Shown here: positions 53,365-63,605 of the stretch, in pieces
How positions within the stretch are numbered: the stretch's first letter is position 1
Layout: the number at the start of each line of letters is the position of its first letter
DNA from: an uncultured Chloroflexia bacterium
Lineage (GTDB): Bacteria > Chloroflexota > Limnocylindria > Limnocylindrales > CSP1-4
Assembly (NCBI GenBank): GCA_963833225.1
Contig: CAWHXD010000008.1
Location: 864,001-928,000, forward strand
Length of the DNA stretch: 64,000 bases
Direction of reading: 5' to 3'
Notes under the pieces: model-generated
The model's database searches: none
What the model was told of the DNA's origin: nothing
The model's input: only the letters and a program-made list of their open reading frames with translations
Made by a program: the position numbers and the translations under genes

Positions 53365-54667
53365 ATGACGCAGGACCGGCGCATCTCCATCATCGGCCTC
53401 GGCTATGTCGGCCTGCCGCTCGCGATCGCGTTCACGGAGGCCGGCGTCGAGGTCGAGGGAATCGACGCCTCCGCGTCTCGCGTCGTGGAGCTCAACGCCC
53501 GCCACTCCCCCATCGACGACGTCAGCGACACGCGACTGGCGACCGCCCTGGACGGCGGGCTGCGCGTCGTCTCGCCGGCGGATGCCCGTATGGGGGAGTC
53601 GGACGCGATCTTCGTGTGTGTCCCGACGCCCATCACCTCCACCAAGGATCCCGACCTTGGTCCGGTCCTCGCCGCCGCCGCGCTCGTTCGCGACGGCCTG
53701 CGGCCCGGCCACCTCGTCATCCTCCAGTCCACCACCTACCCGGGAACCACCACCGGACCCTTCGCCGAGGTGATCGAGCAGGGTGGCCTCAGGGCCGGCA
53801 CCGACTTCGATCTCGCCTTCGCGCCCGAGCGCGTCAACCCGGGCGATCCGGCCAGCGCCGGGCGCAACGTCCCGCGACTGGTGGGCGGGACGACTCCGGC
53901 CGCCACGAAGCGCGCCGCGGAGCTGCTGCGCCCACGTCAATGACCGGGTCGTCCAGATGTCCTCTCCGGACGCCGCCGAGATGGCGAAGCTGCTCGAGAA
54001 CACGTTCCGCAACGTCAACATCGCGTTCGTCAACCAGCTCGCCCTCCTGTGCGAGCGGATGGGGCTCGACGTCTGGGAGGTGATCGACGCCGCGGCGACC
54101 AAGCCGTTCGGGTTCATGCGCTTCACCCCCGGCCCCGGCGTCGGCGGCCACTGCATCCCGGTCGATCCGTACTACCTGGCCTGGCGCGCCCGCGAGTTCG
54201 AGTTCACGGAGCGGTTCATCGAGCTCGCGGGTGACATCAACCTCGCGATGCCGCGCCACGTGGTGGATCTCGTGGCCGAGGCGCTCAACGACCGCGGCAA
54301 GGCACTCAAAGGGTCGCGCGTGGGCGTGCTGGGCGTCGCCTTCAAGCCGGACGTCCAGGATCCGCGCAACTCGCCGGCCGGGGCGATCCTGCCCCTGCTC
54401 GCGGAGCGCGGGGCTGAGCTGCGGTACCACGACCCGCTGGTCAAGTCGTTCCGCGACGACGGCGGGTTCGTCCACGAGGGAGTGGGGCTGGACTCCCTGT
54501 TGCACTGGGCCGACGTGTTCGTCATCGTGACCGCCCACCACTCGATCGAGTGGGATCACCTGTTCGACCAGGCTGGGCTCATCGTGGACACGGTCAACGC
54601 CTCGCGTGACCGCACGACGCGCGAGCGGCAGGTGCTCCGCCTCGGCGCGGGCTGGTCGCGGGCCTGA
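53365..54667 (+). CDS. Nucleotide-sugar dehydrogenase, UDP-GlcNAc/ManNAc 6-dehydrogenase family (frameshift ~53935)
   Basis: IGLGYVGLP, CVPTP, STTYPGTT, PERVNPG, KLLENTFR.VNIA, GGHCIPVDP, GVAFKP. Confidence 0.93.
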
Positions 54668-54719
54668 ACCGGACACCGGGCGATCCGGGGTTCCGCGATG
54701 ACCGATCTCCAGACGTCCG

Positions 54720-56134
54720 GTGACGTCGTCGCGCCTCCCGGCGCCGCGCCTCGGGATCCTCTCGTTCTCGTCCGGCGAGTTCGACGCCCGCACCTTCCGA
54801 ATCGCCTCGTCGGCGATCGACGCGGGTTGGCAGGTCACGGTCTACACCCGCTGGTTCCCGGGCCTGGCGCCCACCGAACAGCGGGACGGATACCGGCTGA
54901 TCCGCGTCGATGCGGATCCGCGCCAGGCGCTTCCCATCGTCGGCAGGCTCGTCCGCCGCCATCGTCGCGCGACCGCGCTGCGCACCGCCGTCGTCGGCCG
55001 GGCCGAGATCGCACCCGCGGCATCCGGTCCCAACGTCATGCCGCCGGCGCCGGCGCCGAAGCGCCGTCGATTCACCGGAAACCCGCTGACCTGGCCGGCA
55101 AGGTTCACGCTCCGCAAGCTGCGTGGCTGGCGACGCAAGCTGTCACGCTGGCGGATCACGCTCCTGATGTTCCCCCTGCGGCCGCTCGGGTGGTCACGAG
55201 CGGTCGATGAGGTCGCCGAACCGGCCGACATGTGGCATGGGATGTGGGCCGGGAGCCTGCCCGCGCTCAATCGCCTGCAGCGGCGCCACGGCGGCGGGAC
55301 GCTCTACGACAGCCGCGACGTGTACATGCTGTCGCGCAACTTCATGCACCTCGAGTGGCCGCTGCGGCCGCTGCTCGCGGCGCTCGAGCGGCGATGGGCG
55401 CACCGGGTCGACCAGGTCATCACGGTCAACGACGCCTATGCCGATCTCCTGGCGCGCCAGCTGCGGATCCCCCGGCCCCCGGTGGTGCTCAACACGCCAA
55501 AGCGGTGGTCACCGCCGGACCCGCCGCCGGACCTGATCCGGGAGGCAACTGGCGTTCCTGCCGACGACGAGCGTCGTCCTCTACCAGGGCCAGCTCATCT
55601 CACAGCGGGGCATCGAACAGTCGATGCGGGCGATCCTCGACGTTCCCGGCGCGGTGCTCGTGCTGCTGGGGTTCGGCAACTGGGAGACGCACCTGCGGGC
55701 GCGCGTCTCGGAGCCGCCGTTCGCGAACCGGGTGTTCGTCCTGCCCGCCGTGGCCCCCGAGGACCTCCTGGCCTGGACGGCGTCTGCCGACGTGATGGTG
55801 ATGCCGATCCAGCCCACCTCCACCAACCACGAGTTCACGACACCCCAGAAGCTGTGGGAGGCGATCGCGGCCGGCGTGCCGGTCGTCGCCTCCGACCTGC
55901 CGGGGATGGCCGAGATCATCCGGTCCGCGGGCGTCGGCGTGCTGTGCGACCCGACCCGGCCGGAGTCCATCGCGGATGCGATCCACTCCCTGGTCGAGCC
56001 GACCACCGGACGCCAGGGCCGCGCTCCGCCGCCATGTCCTCGAGGTGGGTCACCACCGCTACACCTGGGAGCGACAGGCCAGGGCCCTGCTCGACCTCTA
56101 CGGAACCCTGCGGCAGGGAGGAGATGGCCGATGA
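54720..56134 (+). CDS. GT4 glycosyltransferase (frameshifts ~55565, ~56010)
   Basis: YDSRD, VITVN, LYQG, PQKLWEAIAAGVPVVASD, YTWE. Confidence 0.85.
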
Positions 56135-57415
56135 GCGGCTGGATCGGCAGGGCCGTCGCCCGCTGGCGGCGATCGCCGGTGCCATCCGGCCGCGGCGCTC
56201 GTGCCGGGCACGCGCGTGGCGTCCGAGGTCCAGGACGATCCGGATGTCGTCGGCGCCGGCCGCCGCGTCCCGTCGGGTGAGGCGGGCTCTGTCGTTGCCG
56301 AGGCGCTCGACGCCCTGAGGGACCTCGGTGCGGTCCACCCGGCCCCGATCGTGCTCGGCTACCACCCGGTGCTGCCGGGGAACCCGTACGCGGCGCTGCT
56401 CTACCAACGAGCCTGGGACGCCGGGATTGCGCCTGTGCCCGTCGCGACACGGGCCCAGCTCGCGGAGCTCACCCAGCTCGCGGCACAGGGCCACCGGGTC
56501 GTGCTCCACCTCCACTGGCTCAACCGGCCGCTCCGGCGAGCGTCCACCCCGGCCGAGGCCGAGGCGTCCGGGCGGGCCTTCCTGTCGCTGATCGACACGC
56601 TCCACGAGGCCGGTGGGCGTGTGGCGTGGACCGTCCACAACCTGCTGCCCCACGCGGCGCGCTTCGAGGAGGAGGAGGGCCGGTTCCGTGGCGCGGTGGC
56701 CGAGCGTGCCGACCTGATCCACGTCATGGCGTCAGAGACGCGGCGCCTGGTCGCCCCCTATTTCGAGCTCCCGGAAGATCGCATCCTGCCCGTCCCGCAT
56801 CCCAACTACATCGGGGTCTACGCGGACACCGTGGGACGCGGCCAGGCTCGCCATGACCTGCGGCTGCATCCGGACGAGCTCGTGTACCTGGTGCTGGGCA
56901 GCATCCGGCCCTACAAGGGGATCGATGAGCTGCTGGACGCCTGGAACGACCTGCCCAGGGACGGCACGCCGCGCCGGCTGCTCATCGCGGGCCGGCCCGG
57001 GCACGAGCCGGGGATCCCCGAGCTGCTGGAGCGCGCGAGCTCGCTCCCCGATGTCGTGCTCCACGCGGGTCGGATCGAGCCTGACGCGATCGGCGCATAC
57101 CTCCGAGCCGCGGATGTCGCCGTGCTGCCATACCGGCGCTCCCTGAACAGCGGGGCGCTGATGCTCGCGATGTCGTTCGACCTGCCCGTCATCGTGCCGG
57201 CGGGCGGCGGGCTGGCCGAGCTCGTGGACGGGCGCAACGGGATCACCTTCGAGGGCGGCGATCGAGCGGCCCTGGTCGACGCGATGCGCCGGGCGCCGGC
57301 GATCGCGACGCCGGCCGGGCGCGCCGCCGCCGGTGCCACGGCGAGCCGGTTCGACGCGGCCGAGATCTCGGAGCGATTCGCGGTAGGCGTGCGCGAGCGG
57401 CTCGGCTGGGCCTGA
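56131..57415 (+). CDS. GT4 glycosyltransferase (5' frameshift)
   Basis: NPY, HLHW, WTVHNLLPH, GSIRPYKG, ADVAVLPY...SGA. Confidence 0.85.
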
Positions 57416-57442
57416 GGCCCCAACGGCCGGCGGCGGCCGCGA

Positions 57443-58330
57443 TCAGCCGGCCTGCGCCCTGAGGACCGCGAGCCCGTGCTGGGTCGCGGTGATCTCGGGG
57501 CTCAGGTCCGTGCGCTCGGAATGCCACCGCTCGAGCATCCGCTTCTCGGCGTCGCGCCCGGCATCGTCGACGATGACGACCGAGCCCGGGGCAAGCTTGG
57601 CGCCCAGGACGGGCAGCGCCGGGTAGCGCGGCGTCCCGTGGCGATCGGTCGCCTGGGGCGGGCCGTCGACGAGGAGCAGGTCCACCCGGTCGAGCGCAGC
57701 GACTGCGTCGGGCACCAGGTACCAGGCGTACGTCTCGGAACCGAGGGTGTATGGAACGAGGGGCGCGTCGAGCACTGAGACGACCGCCTCAAGGTCGAGC
57801 GCGCGGACGTGCCGCCGGGTCCGCTCGGCGTATGCGGGGTCGTGTTCGAGCGAGTACAGGTGGCCCCGCCCGGCGCGCCGCAGCTGCAGGCCGATGACCA
57901 GGGTTGACGCGCCCGAACCGAGCTCCACCACCGACTCCGGGACGCCGGTGGCAACCTCACGGGCCAGGATGGCCGCCGCTTCGTAATCGAGCGCCCAACC
58001 GCCAAGGGGCAGTGGGTAGGGCACATCCATGGCGGAGAAGGCCGCAGCCGCCTTGGCCTCGCGCACGTGGCGCTCGAGCTCGGTGAGGCGCGCGGTGAGC
58101 TTCGTGGAGGCCGCCCGCACCTGGCGATCCCGCCGCTGGGCGGTGATGCGGGCGCCCTGCCGCCCGCGAACGCCCGTGGCAACCACCAGCCCGCTGACGA
58201 TCGCCACGGGGACGACCGCCTCCACGTCCGTGACGCCGGCATACGCGAACAACGCCGTGAGCCCTCCGGCGACGAGCCCTCCGGCAAGCCCGTAGGCCTC
58301 GGGAAGGGTCAGCCAGCGGGACGGTTGCAT
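57443..58330 (-). CDS. Membrane-anchored class I SAM methyltransferase
   Basis: Two N-terminal TM helices; VVELGSGAST, SLEHD, LLLVDGPP, VIVDD. Confidence 0.85.
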   Translation of the reverse strand: MQPSRWLTLPEAYGLAGGLVAGGLTALFAYAGVTDVEAVVPVAIVSGLVVATGVRGRQGARITAQRRDRQVRAASTKLTARLTELERHVREAKAAAAFSAMDVPYPLPLGGWALDYEAAAILAREVATGVPESVVELGSGASTLVIGLQLRRAGRGHLYSLEHDPAYAERTRRHVRALDLEAVVSVLDAPLVPYTLGSETYAWYLVPDAVAALDRVDLLLVDGPPQATDRHGTPRYPALPVLGAKLAPGSVVIVDDAGRDAEKRMLERWHSERTDLSPEITATQHGLAVLRAQAG

Positions 58331-58368
58331 GAGGGGATCCTACTCGGCCTGCACCGCGCGGGACCGCG

Positions 58369-59580
58369 TCAACGGGTCGCCTGTCTGCCCGAGGAACCAC
58401 TGGCCACGCTCCAGCCATCGAGCACCGCCGACGCCACGGGCCGCCCGACCACGGGCACCGTCATCGCCAGCCGGAGTGGCCAGCGCTTGGATCTGGCCCT
58501 GATGCTCCTGATCAGCCCGTGGTCGATGCGGGCGGCCACGATCGCCAGGTCCAGGAATGCGCGTCGCGCGGGCGGCGCCAGCTCGTGCATCTGTCGCCCG
58601 AGCGGGTCGATCACCTCCACCCTGACGGCGTCCTCGGCCCCCGCCACGGCCGCCTCGGGCACGTGACGCAGCAGGTCGCCAAGCGCGTTCAGCATCAGCG
58701 GCAGGTCCGGGTCCTGGCGCTCCACGGCTCGGTGGAGCTGGGCGCCGAGGTCCGCCCGGATCAGCCGGCGCAGGTACAGGCCCTCCATGCGCCCGGCCGA
58801 GACCGGGTCGTACGCTTCGGAGAACGCGCCGGCGGCGACATCGAACGCGACCCCGGCCATGCGCACGGCCTCGGCCCCGAGGCTGGCCGACCGCTCGCGG
58901 GCACTGGTGATGGTCGGCACCCCGGCGTCGGGACGCGGCCGTCGCCACTCGTAGACCAGGTCGTCGATGACCTCGATCCGGTCGCCTGCCCGGACGAGGG
59001 CCCGTACGACCCACGGCTGATCACCCACCATGCGCCCCTCGAACCGCAGGCCGGAGGACGTGGAGCGGTGGAACAGCTTGCCAACCGGACCCACGTAGTA
59101 GAGGAGGTCGGGGTGGGCCAGGAGCGACTTGCGCCCGGGCTCGCGGATGTCCGGCAGGTCGTACAGCTTGGGGAACCACGTCCGCTCGCCGTCGGTCGAG
59201 ACCCGCTGGCCGACAACGGCGAGCGCGGCCGTCTCGTCGCCACGCCGCACCAGCGCTCCCAGCCCTCCGGGGATCAGCCGGTCGTCCGCGTCGAGGAAGG
59301 TCAGCCACTCGCCGGTTGCCAGCTCCAGCGCCCGGTTTCGGGCCGCGGACACGCCGCCGTTCACGGCCAGCCGGTCCACGACCAGGCGCGGGTCGCCGGA
59401 TGCCAGCCGCGCCAGGATGGCGGCAGTCCCGTCGATCGATCCATCGTCGATCACCACGCACTCGAGGTCGACGTCGCGCTGGTCGAGGGCGGACTGCACC
59501 GCGGTCTCGATCGAGGCTTCGACGTTCCAGGCCGCCACGATCACGGACAGGCGCGGGGGTGCGGCTCCGGGGGTCGCCAT
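58369..59580 (-). CDS. GT2 glycosyltransferase
   Basis: SVIVAAWN, IDDGS.DGT, NGGVSAARN, FLDADD. Confidence 0.9.
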   Translation of the reverse strand: MATPGAAPPRLSVIVAAWNVEASIETAVQSALDQRDVDLECVVIDDGSIDGTAAILARLASGDPRLVVDRLAVNGGVSAARNRALELATGEWLTFLDADDRLIPGGLGALVRRGDETAALAVVGQRVSTDGERTWFPKLYDLPDIREPGRKSLLAHPDLLYYVGPVGKLFHRSTSSGLRFEGRMVGDQPWVVRALVRAGDRIEVIDDLVYEWRRPRPDAGVPTITSARERSASLGAEAVRMAGVAFDVAAGAFSEAYDPVSAGRMEGLYLRRLIRADLGAQLHRAVERQDPDLPLMLNALGDLLRHVPEAAVAGAEDAVRVEVIDPLGRQMHELAPPARRAFLDLAIVAARIDHGLIRSIRARSKRWPLRLAMTVPVVGRPVASAVLDGWSVASGSSGRQATR

Positions 59581-59612
59581 GTGTGCAGGATACGGTCCCG
59601 TCCGCCCGGGGA

Positions 59613-60409
59613 TCAGGCCGCGAGCGCGCGCCCGACGGCCCGCCGCAGCCTCGCCGCCACCTCGTCGAGCTCGGAGCTCGGCTCCCCGGTCGCCTCATCC
59701 ATGTAGACGTCCCGGCGGACCTCGATCATGAGCGATGCCACGCGGTGGTCCGTGCCATACCAGCGAAGCGGGACGACCGAGCCCGACGAACGGCCGGTCG
59801 ATCGCCACGCGAAGCCCTTCTCCGCGCAGGGCCTCAGCGAGTCCCTCGACCAGGGGCGCGGGCGTGTGGAACGGATCGGTGCCGAGGCAGACCTCCGGCC
59901 GGCCGGGATCCTGGTCGGACTCCGAAGGGAGCGGGACGCTCGCAGAACGAGTGGCCATCGAGGATCACGCAGGTCCCGAACCGCGCAAGCGTGGCCGCAA
60001 CGACCAATTCGAGCGTGCGGTGATAGGGCCAGTACCAGCGGTCCATGAGCCGCCCACGCACCCGGTGATCCGCATCACGAAGGCGAGCGCCGGTGGTCGT
60101 GAGCGTGTAGACGGCGCCCTGGCCGACGGCCGCCATCGGCTCGGCCTCGTCCTCGGGGAACCGCTCCGGGTCCACCACCAGCCGGCTCACCCCGTTGACC
60201 AGCATGACGCCGCCGAGCTCCCGGATCCAGCCGTAGAGCCGGTCGGTGTGCGCGTCGGTGAGGCACAGGAGCTCGGCGGCCAACGCGGCCTCGTCGAGGA
60301 GCAGGCCGGCGCGCTCTCCCGGCGGGAGGAACCTCGACGCATGCGGCACGTGACCCACGATGGGCCGCGTGGGTCCGACTGGGTCCAGGAGACGGTAGGC
60401 GGCGGTCAT
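59613..60409 (-). CDS. N-formylglutamate amidohydrolase family protein (frameshifts)
   Basis: HVPHAS, TDAHTD, SRLVVDPERF, YWPYH, DGHSF, CLGT, MIEVRRD. Confidence 0.85.
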
Positions 60410-60459
60410 CCGTGCCATCATCGCCCTCCGGGGCGTGGTCCGCGGGATGCGCGAATCCG

Positions 60460-60502
60460 TTGACCCAGCCCGTGCGCTCACGTATGCTCGATAATCGATG
60501 AT
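60460..60502 (+). promoter_or_regulatory. Sigma70-type promoter with overlapping operator
   Basis: TTGACC (60460-65), 17 nt, TATGCT (60483-88); palindrome TCGAT-A-ATCGA; 22-bp site repeated inverted at 63519-63540. Confidence 0.75.
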
Positions 60503-60543
60503 ACGACCGCGGCGACGCCGAGCCGCTGCAGAAAGGGAGCACG

Positions 60544-61330
60544 ATGGGCTATCTGGACAGGTTCGCGCTCGAAGGCAAGGTCGCCTTGGTTTCCGGCGGC
60601 GGCGGTGCCATCGGGTCCGCGATCGCCGGGGCCCTCGCGGCGGCCGGTGCGAAGGTGAGCGTGGTCGACGTGACGCAGGAGCGCGCCGACGAAGCCGCGG
60701 CCAAGGTCGGCGAGGGCGGCGCCGAGGTGCTCGCGCTCGCGGCGGACGTCACCACGGAGGCCGACTGCGACCGCATCGTGGCCGCCACCGTTGAACGCTT
60801 CGGCCGGCTCGACATCATCGTCAACTGCGTGGGCGGCGGCGCCGGCAAGGTGCTGTTCGACGCGCAGGAATACCCCCGCGACGCGTGGGACTGGATCATG
60901 GAGCTCAACCTGCGGAGCACGCTGCTCGCCACCCAGTCGGCCGTCGCGCGCCATGATCAAGGCGGGCCACGGTGGCGTGGTCGTCAACATCAGCTCGGTC
61001 CGCGCCTCGCTGGGCATCAACGCCGGCTACTCCGCCTACGTCGCCGCCAAGGGCGCGATCAGCTCGCTGACCCGCCAGTGGGCAACCGAGTGGGCGAAGC
61101 ACGGCATCCGGGTCAACGCCATCGCCCCCACCTTCGTGGACACGCCGCAGGTCGCGATGCTGCTCGGCGACCCCGAGTTCCGCTCCAGCGTCGAGGCACG
61201 GATCCCGCTCGCCCGCGTCGGCGGCACGGACGACATGACCGGACCGGTCGTGTTCCTGTGCTCGGACGCCGCGGCCTTCGTCACCGGCCAGATCCTCGGG
61301 GTCGACGGCGGCCTCACCGCGACCCAGTAG
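60544..61330 (+). CDS. SDR oxidoreductase (frameshift ~60950)
   Basis: SGGGGAIG, NISS, YVAAK, RVNAIAP, VTGQ...VDGG; RBS GGGAG. Confidence 0.92.
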
Positions 61331-61356
61331 CCCCAACGGAAGGGAGCCCAGCCTCA

Positions 61357-62250
61357 ATGGAGCAGGTCACCAGCCGCATCTTCGCCGAGACGAAGGTGCG
61401 GGGCTGCAACCCGAGCTTCGTGCTCACGTCGAAGGGCCCGGTCGTCATCGACACCCCGCAGCTGCCGTCGAAGGCCGTGGAGATGCGGAAGGCGGTCGAG
61501 GAGCACGGCTCGATCCAGTACGTGATCAACACGGAGCACCACGTCGACCACATCTTTGGCAACTACTGGTTCAAGGGTGCGGGGCCGATCATCCACCACC
61601 AGGGTGTCCATGAGCGGTTCATGACCGTGTACCCGGAGCTCGACCCGTTCGCCTACGCCCTCGAGGCGCTGCCGACCGACGATCCGGATGGGGCCGCGCT
61701 GGTCCCCGATCGCGAGACCTACTACGCGAACATGGGCACGGCGGACATCGTGTTCACCGGAGACGTCACGCTCAAGGTCGGCGACCGGACCTTCCACCTG
61801 CTCCACACGCCCGGCCATACCCCGGGCCAGGTCGCGGTGTACGTCCCCGAGGAGCGGGCCGTCTTCACCGGGGACACGATCTTCTCCGAGTGCACGACGT
61901 GGCTGATGACCTCGGACGTGGACCAGTGGATCACGTCCCTGGACCGCATCCGGGCGCTGGACTTCGACCACGTGATCCCCGGCCACGGGCCGGTCCAGAC
62001 CAAGGCCTACCTCGCCACCCAGCGCTCGTTCATGCTCGAGTGGAAGACGGCGGTGGCGGTCGCGATCGCGAAGGGCTGGAGCCGCGAGGAGACGATCGCG
62101 CGGGTCAGCTTCGCCGAGCGCTACCCGGTCGATATCGGGCAGGAATACATGATGGACTACATCCAGGAGCGAAACGCCGGCGCGCTCTACGACAAGCTCA
62201 CGGCGCCGATGACGACGACCTACCCGGCCAAGGACGCTCCGCCCCGCTGA
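61357..62250 (+). CDS. MBL-fold metallo-hydrolase
   Basis: VIDT, TEHHVDHIFGN, TPGHT, FTGD, IPGHG; RBS AGGGAG. Confidence 0.9.
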   Translation: MEQVTSRIFAETKVRGCNPSFVLTSKGPVVIDTPQLPSKAVEMRKAVEEHGSIQYVINTEHHVDHIFGNYWFKGAGPIIHHQGVHERFMTVYPELDPFAYALEALPTDDPDGAALVPDRETYYANMGTADIVFTGDVTLKVGDRTFHLLHTPGHTPGQVAVYVPEERAVFTGDTIFSECTTWLMTSDVDQWITSLDRIRALDFDHVIPGHGPVQTKAYLATQRSFMLEWKTAVAVAIAKGWSREETIARVSFAERYPVDIGQEYMMDYIQERNAGALYDKLTAPMTTTYPAKDAPPR

Positions 62251-62258
62251 GGCGGCCG

Positions 62259-63195
62259 ATGCACGGCCGGATCGCGCCCGTCACCGTCCCGGACGACTTC
62301 CGGGTCTTCGCGGCGTCCGACCTCCACGGCCAGCTGCGGGCGACCGACCGGCTGCTCGCCGCCGCCGGGCTGACCGATGGCGGCGCCACCTGGATCGCGC
62401 CGCCGGCGACCGCGCTGGTCGTGACCGGCGACATGGTCGACCGGGGGCCCGACTCCGTGGGCCTCGTGCGCGCGGCTGGTCTCGCTGCGGGACCAGGCAC
62501 CGGCCCGTGGCGGGCTCGTCGTCCTGCTCGAGGGCAACCACGAGGTCCAGGTGCTCGGCGGGCTCGATGGGGTGCCCCTGGTCCAGCGCGCGTTCATGAC
62601 CTTCGGCGGCGCCGCGACCCTGCTGTCCGCGGGCCTCACGGAGGTCGACTGGCGAGACCGGCCGGCCGCCGACATCGCCGAGCGGTTCGACCGGGCAGCT
62701 CCCGACCTGCGGCGCATCCTGTGGGGGTTCGCGCCCTACGCCCGGTGGCGAGACACTCTCCTGGTGCATGGCGGGCCGGTCCCCGGACAGGACCTCGAGT
62801 CGTTCGAGGCCAGCTCGCGCCGTCTCTGGATCCGGCGTGCCTTCTTCGAATCCGAGGCTCGCTTCCCCGATGGCGAGCCGTGGCGACCGCACCGGCTGGC
62901 CGGGACCCGCCAGGTCGTGTTCGGGCACACGCCCGTGACCGAGCCCACGCTGTTCCATGGTCGCCGGGCGCTCAACCTCGATACCTGGCGCGGCGACACG
63001 GTGACGCTGGCCAGGCTGCCCGAGAGCGGCGACCTCCGCGATGTCGAGATCCTGTCCTCGCCCGCGGAGCCGCGGGCCGTGGCGGACGGCGCCGTGACGC
63101 CAGACCAGATCGCGCTCCTCGACGTCGAGATCACGAGCGTGGTGGACGAGTACTGGCAGGGTGTCAAGGGCCCCGGCCGGGTCGCGCGTCCCTGA
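62259..63195 (+). CDS. Calcineurin-like metallophosphoesterase (frameshift ~62475)
   Basis: SDLHG, GDMVDRGPDS, GNHE, VHGG, FGHTP, LDT. Confidence 0.88.
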
Positions 63196-63204
63196 CCCGG
63201 TCGC

Positions 63205-63391
63205 GGGGTGTTGCCTGCCAGGCACCGATCTCGCCCCTGGTCGCCCGGTGGCCCCCGGGGTGTTGCCTGCCAGGCACCGATCTCGCCCCTGGTCGCCCGG
63301 TGGCCCCCGGGGTGTTGCCTGCCAGGCACCGATCTCGCCCCTGGTCGCCCGGTGGCCCCCGGGGTGTTGCCTGCCAGGCACCGATCTCGCC
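63205..63391. repeat. Perfect 52-bp tandem repeat, about 3.6 copies, with internal hairpin
   Basis: GGGGTGTTGCCTGCCAGGCACCGATCTCGCCCCTGGTCGCCCGGTGGCCCCC at 63205, 63257, 63309; partial at 63361. Confidence 0.95.
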
Positions 63392-63518
63392 GCCCGACCC
63401 GGACGTGGTGCCCCGGAGGCCACGTTCCCGGTCCCGGGAGCCGCCTGCCGGCGGTTTCAGTGCCTCACGGGCAACGCCCGACGGGCAACAGCCGCCAGCC
63501 CGTACGCTATCCTTCAGG

Positions 63519-63540
63519 ATCATCGATAATCGAGCATACG
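63519..63540. promoter_or_regulatory. Second copy of the operator, just downstream of a TATCCT -10
   Basis: ATCATCGATAATCGAGCATACG; its reverse complement matches 60481-60502 at 21/22 positions. Confidence 0.7.
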
Positions 63541-63605
63541 CTCGATCAGTCGTCGTCCCGGGCGCGCGATACTCCCGACGACGACGTCGCCCAGGAGAAC
63601 CCCCG

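Noticed and set aside
53163-59580. Genomic island integrated at tRNA-His
   Set aside because: No integrase, no duplicated tRNA 3' end and no evident compositional shift
60544-62250. Apparent SDR-MBL fusion (568-aa ORF)
   Set aside because: Artefact of a frameshift at ~60950; the SDR ends at 61330 and the MBL gene has its own RBS and ATG at 61357
63205-63391. Possible CRISPR array
   Set aside because: Units are fully identical with no unique spacers, and no cas genes are recognisable
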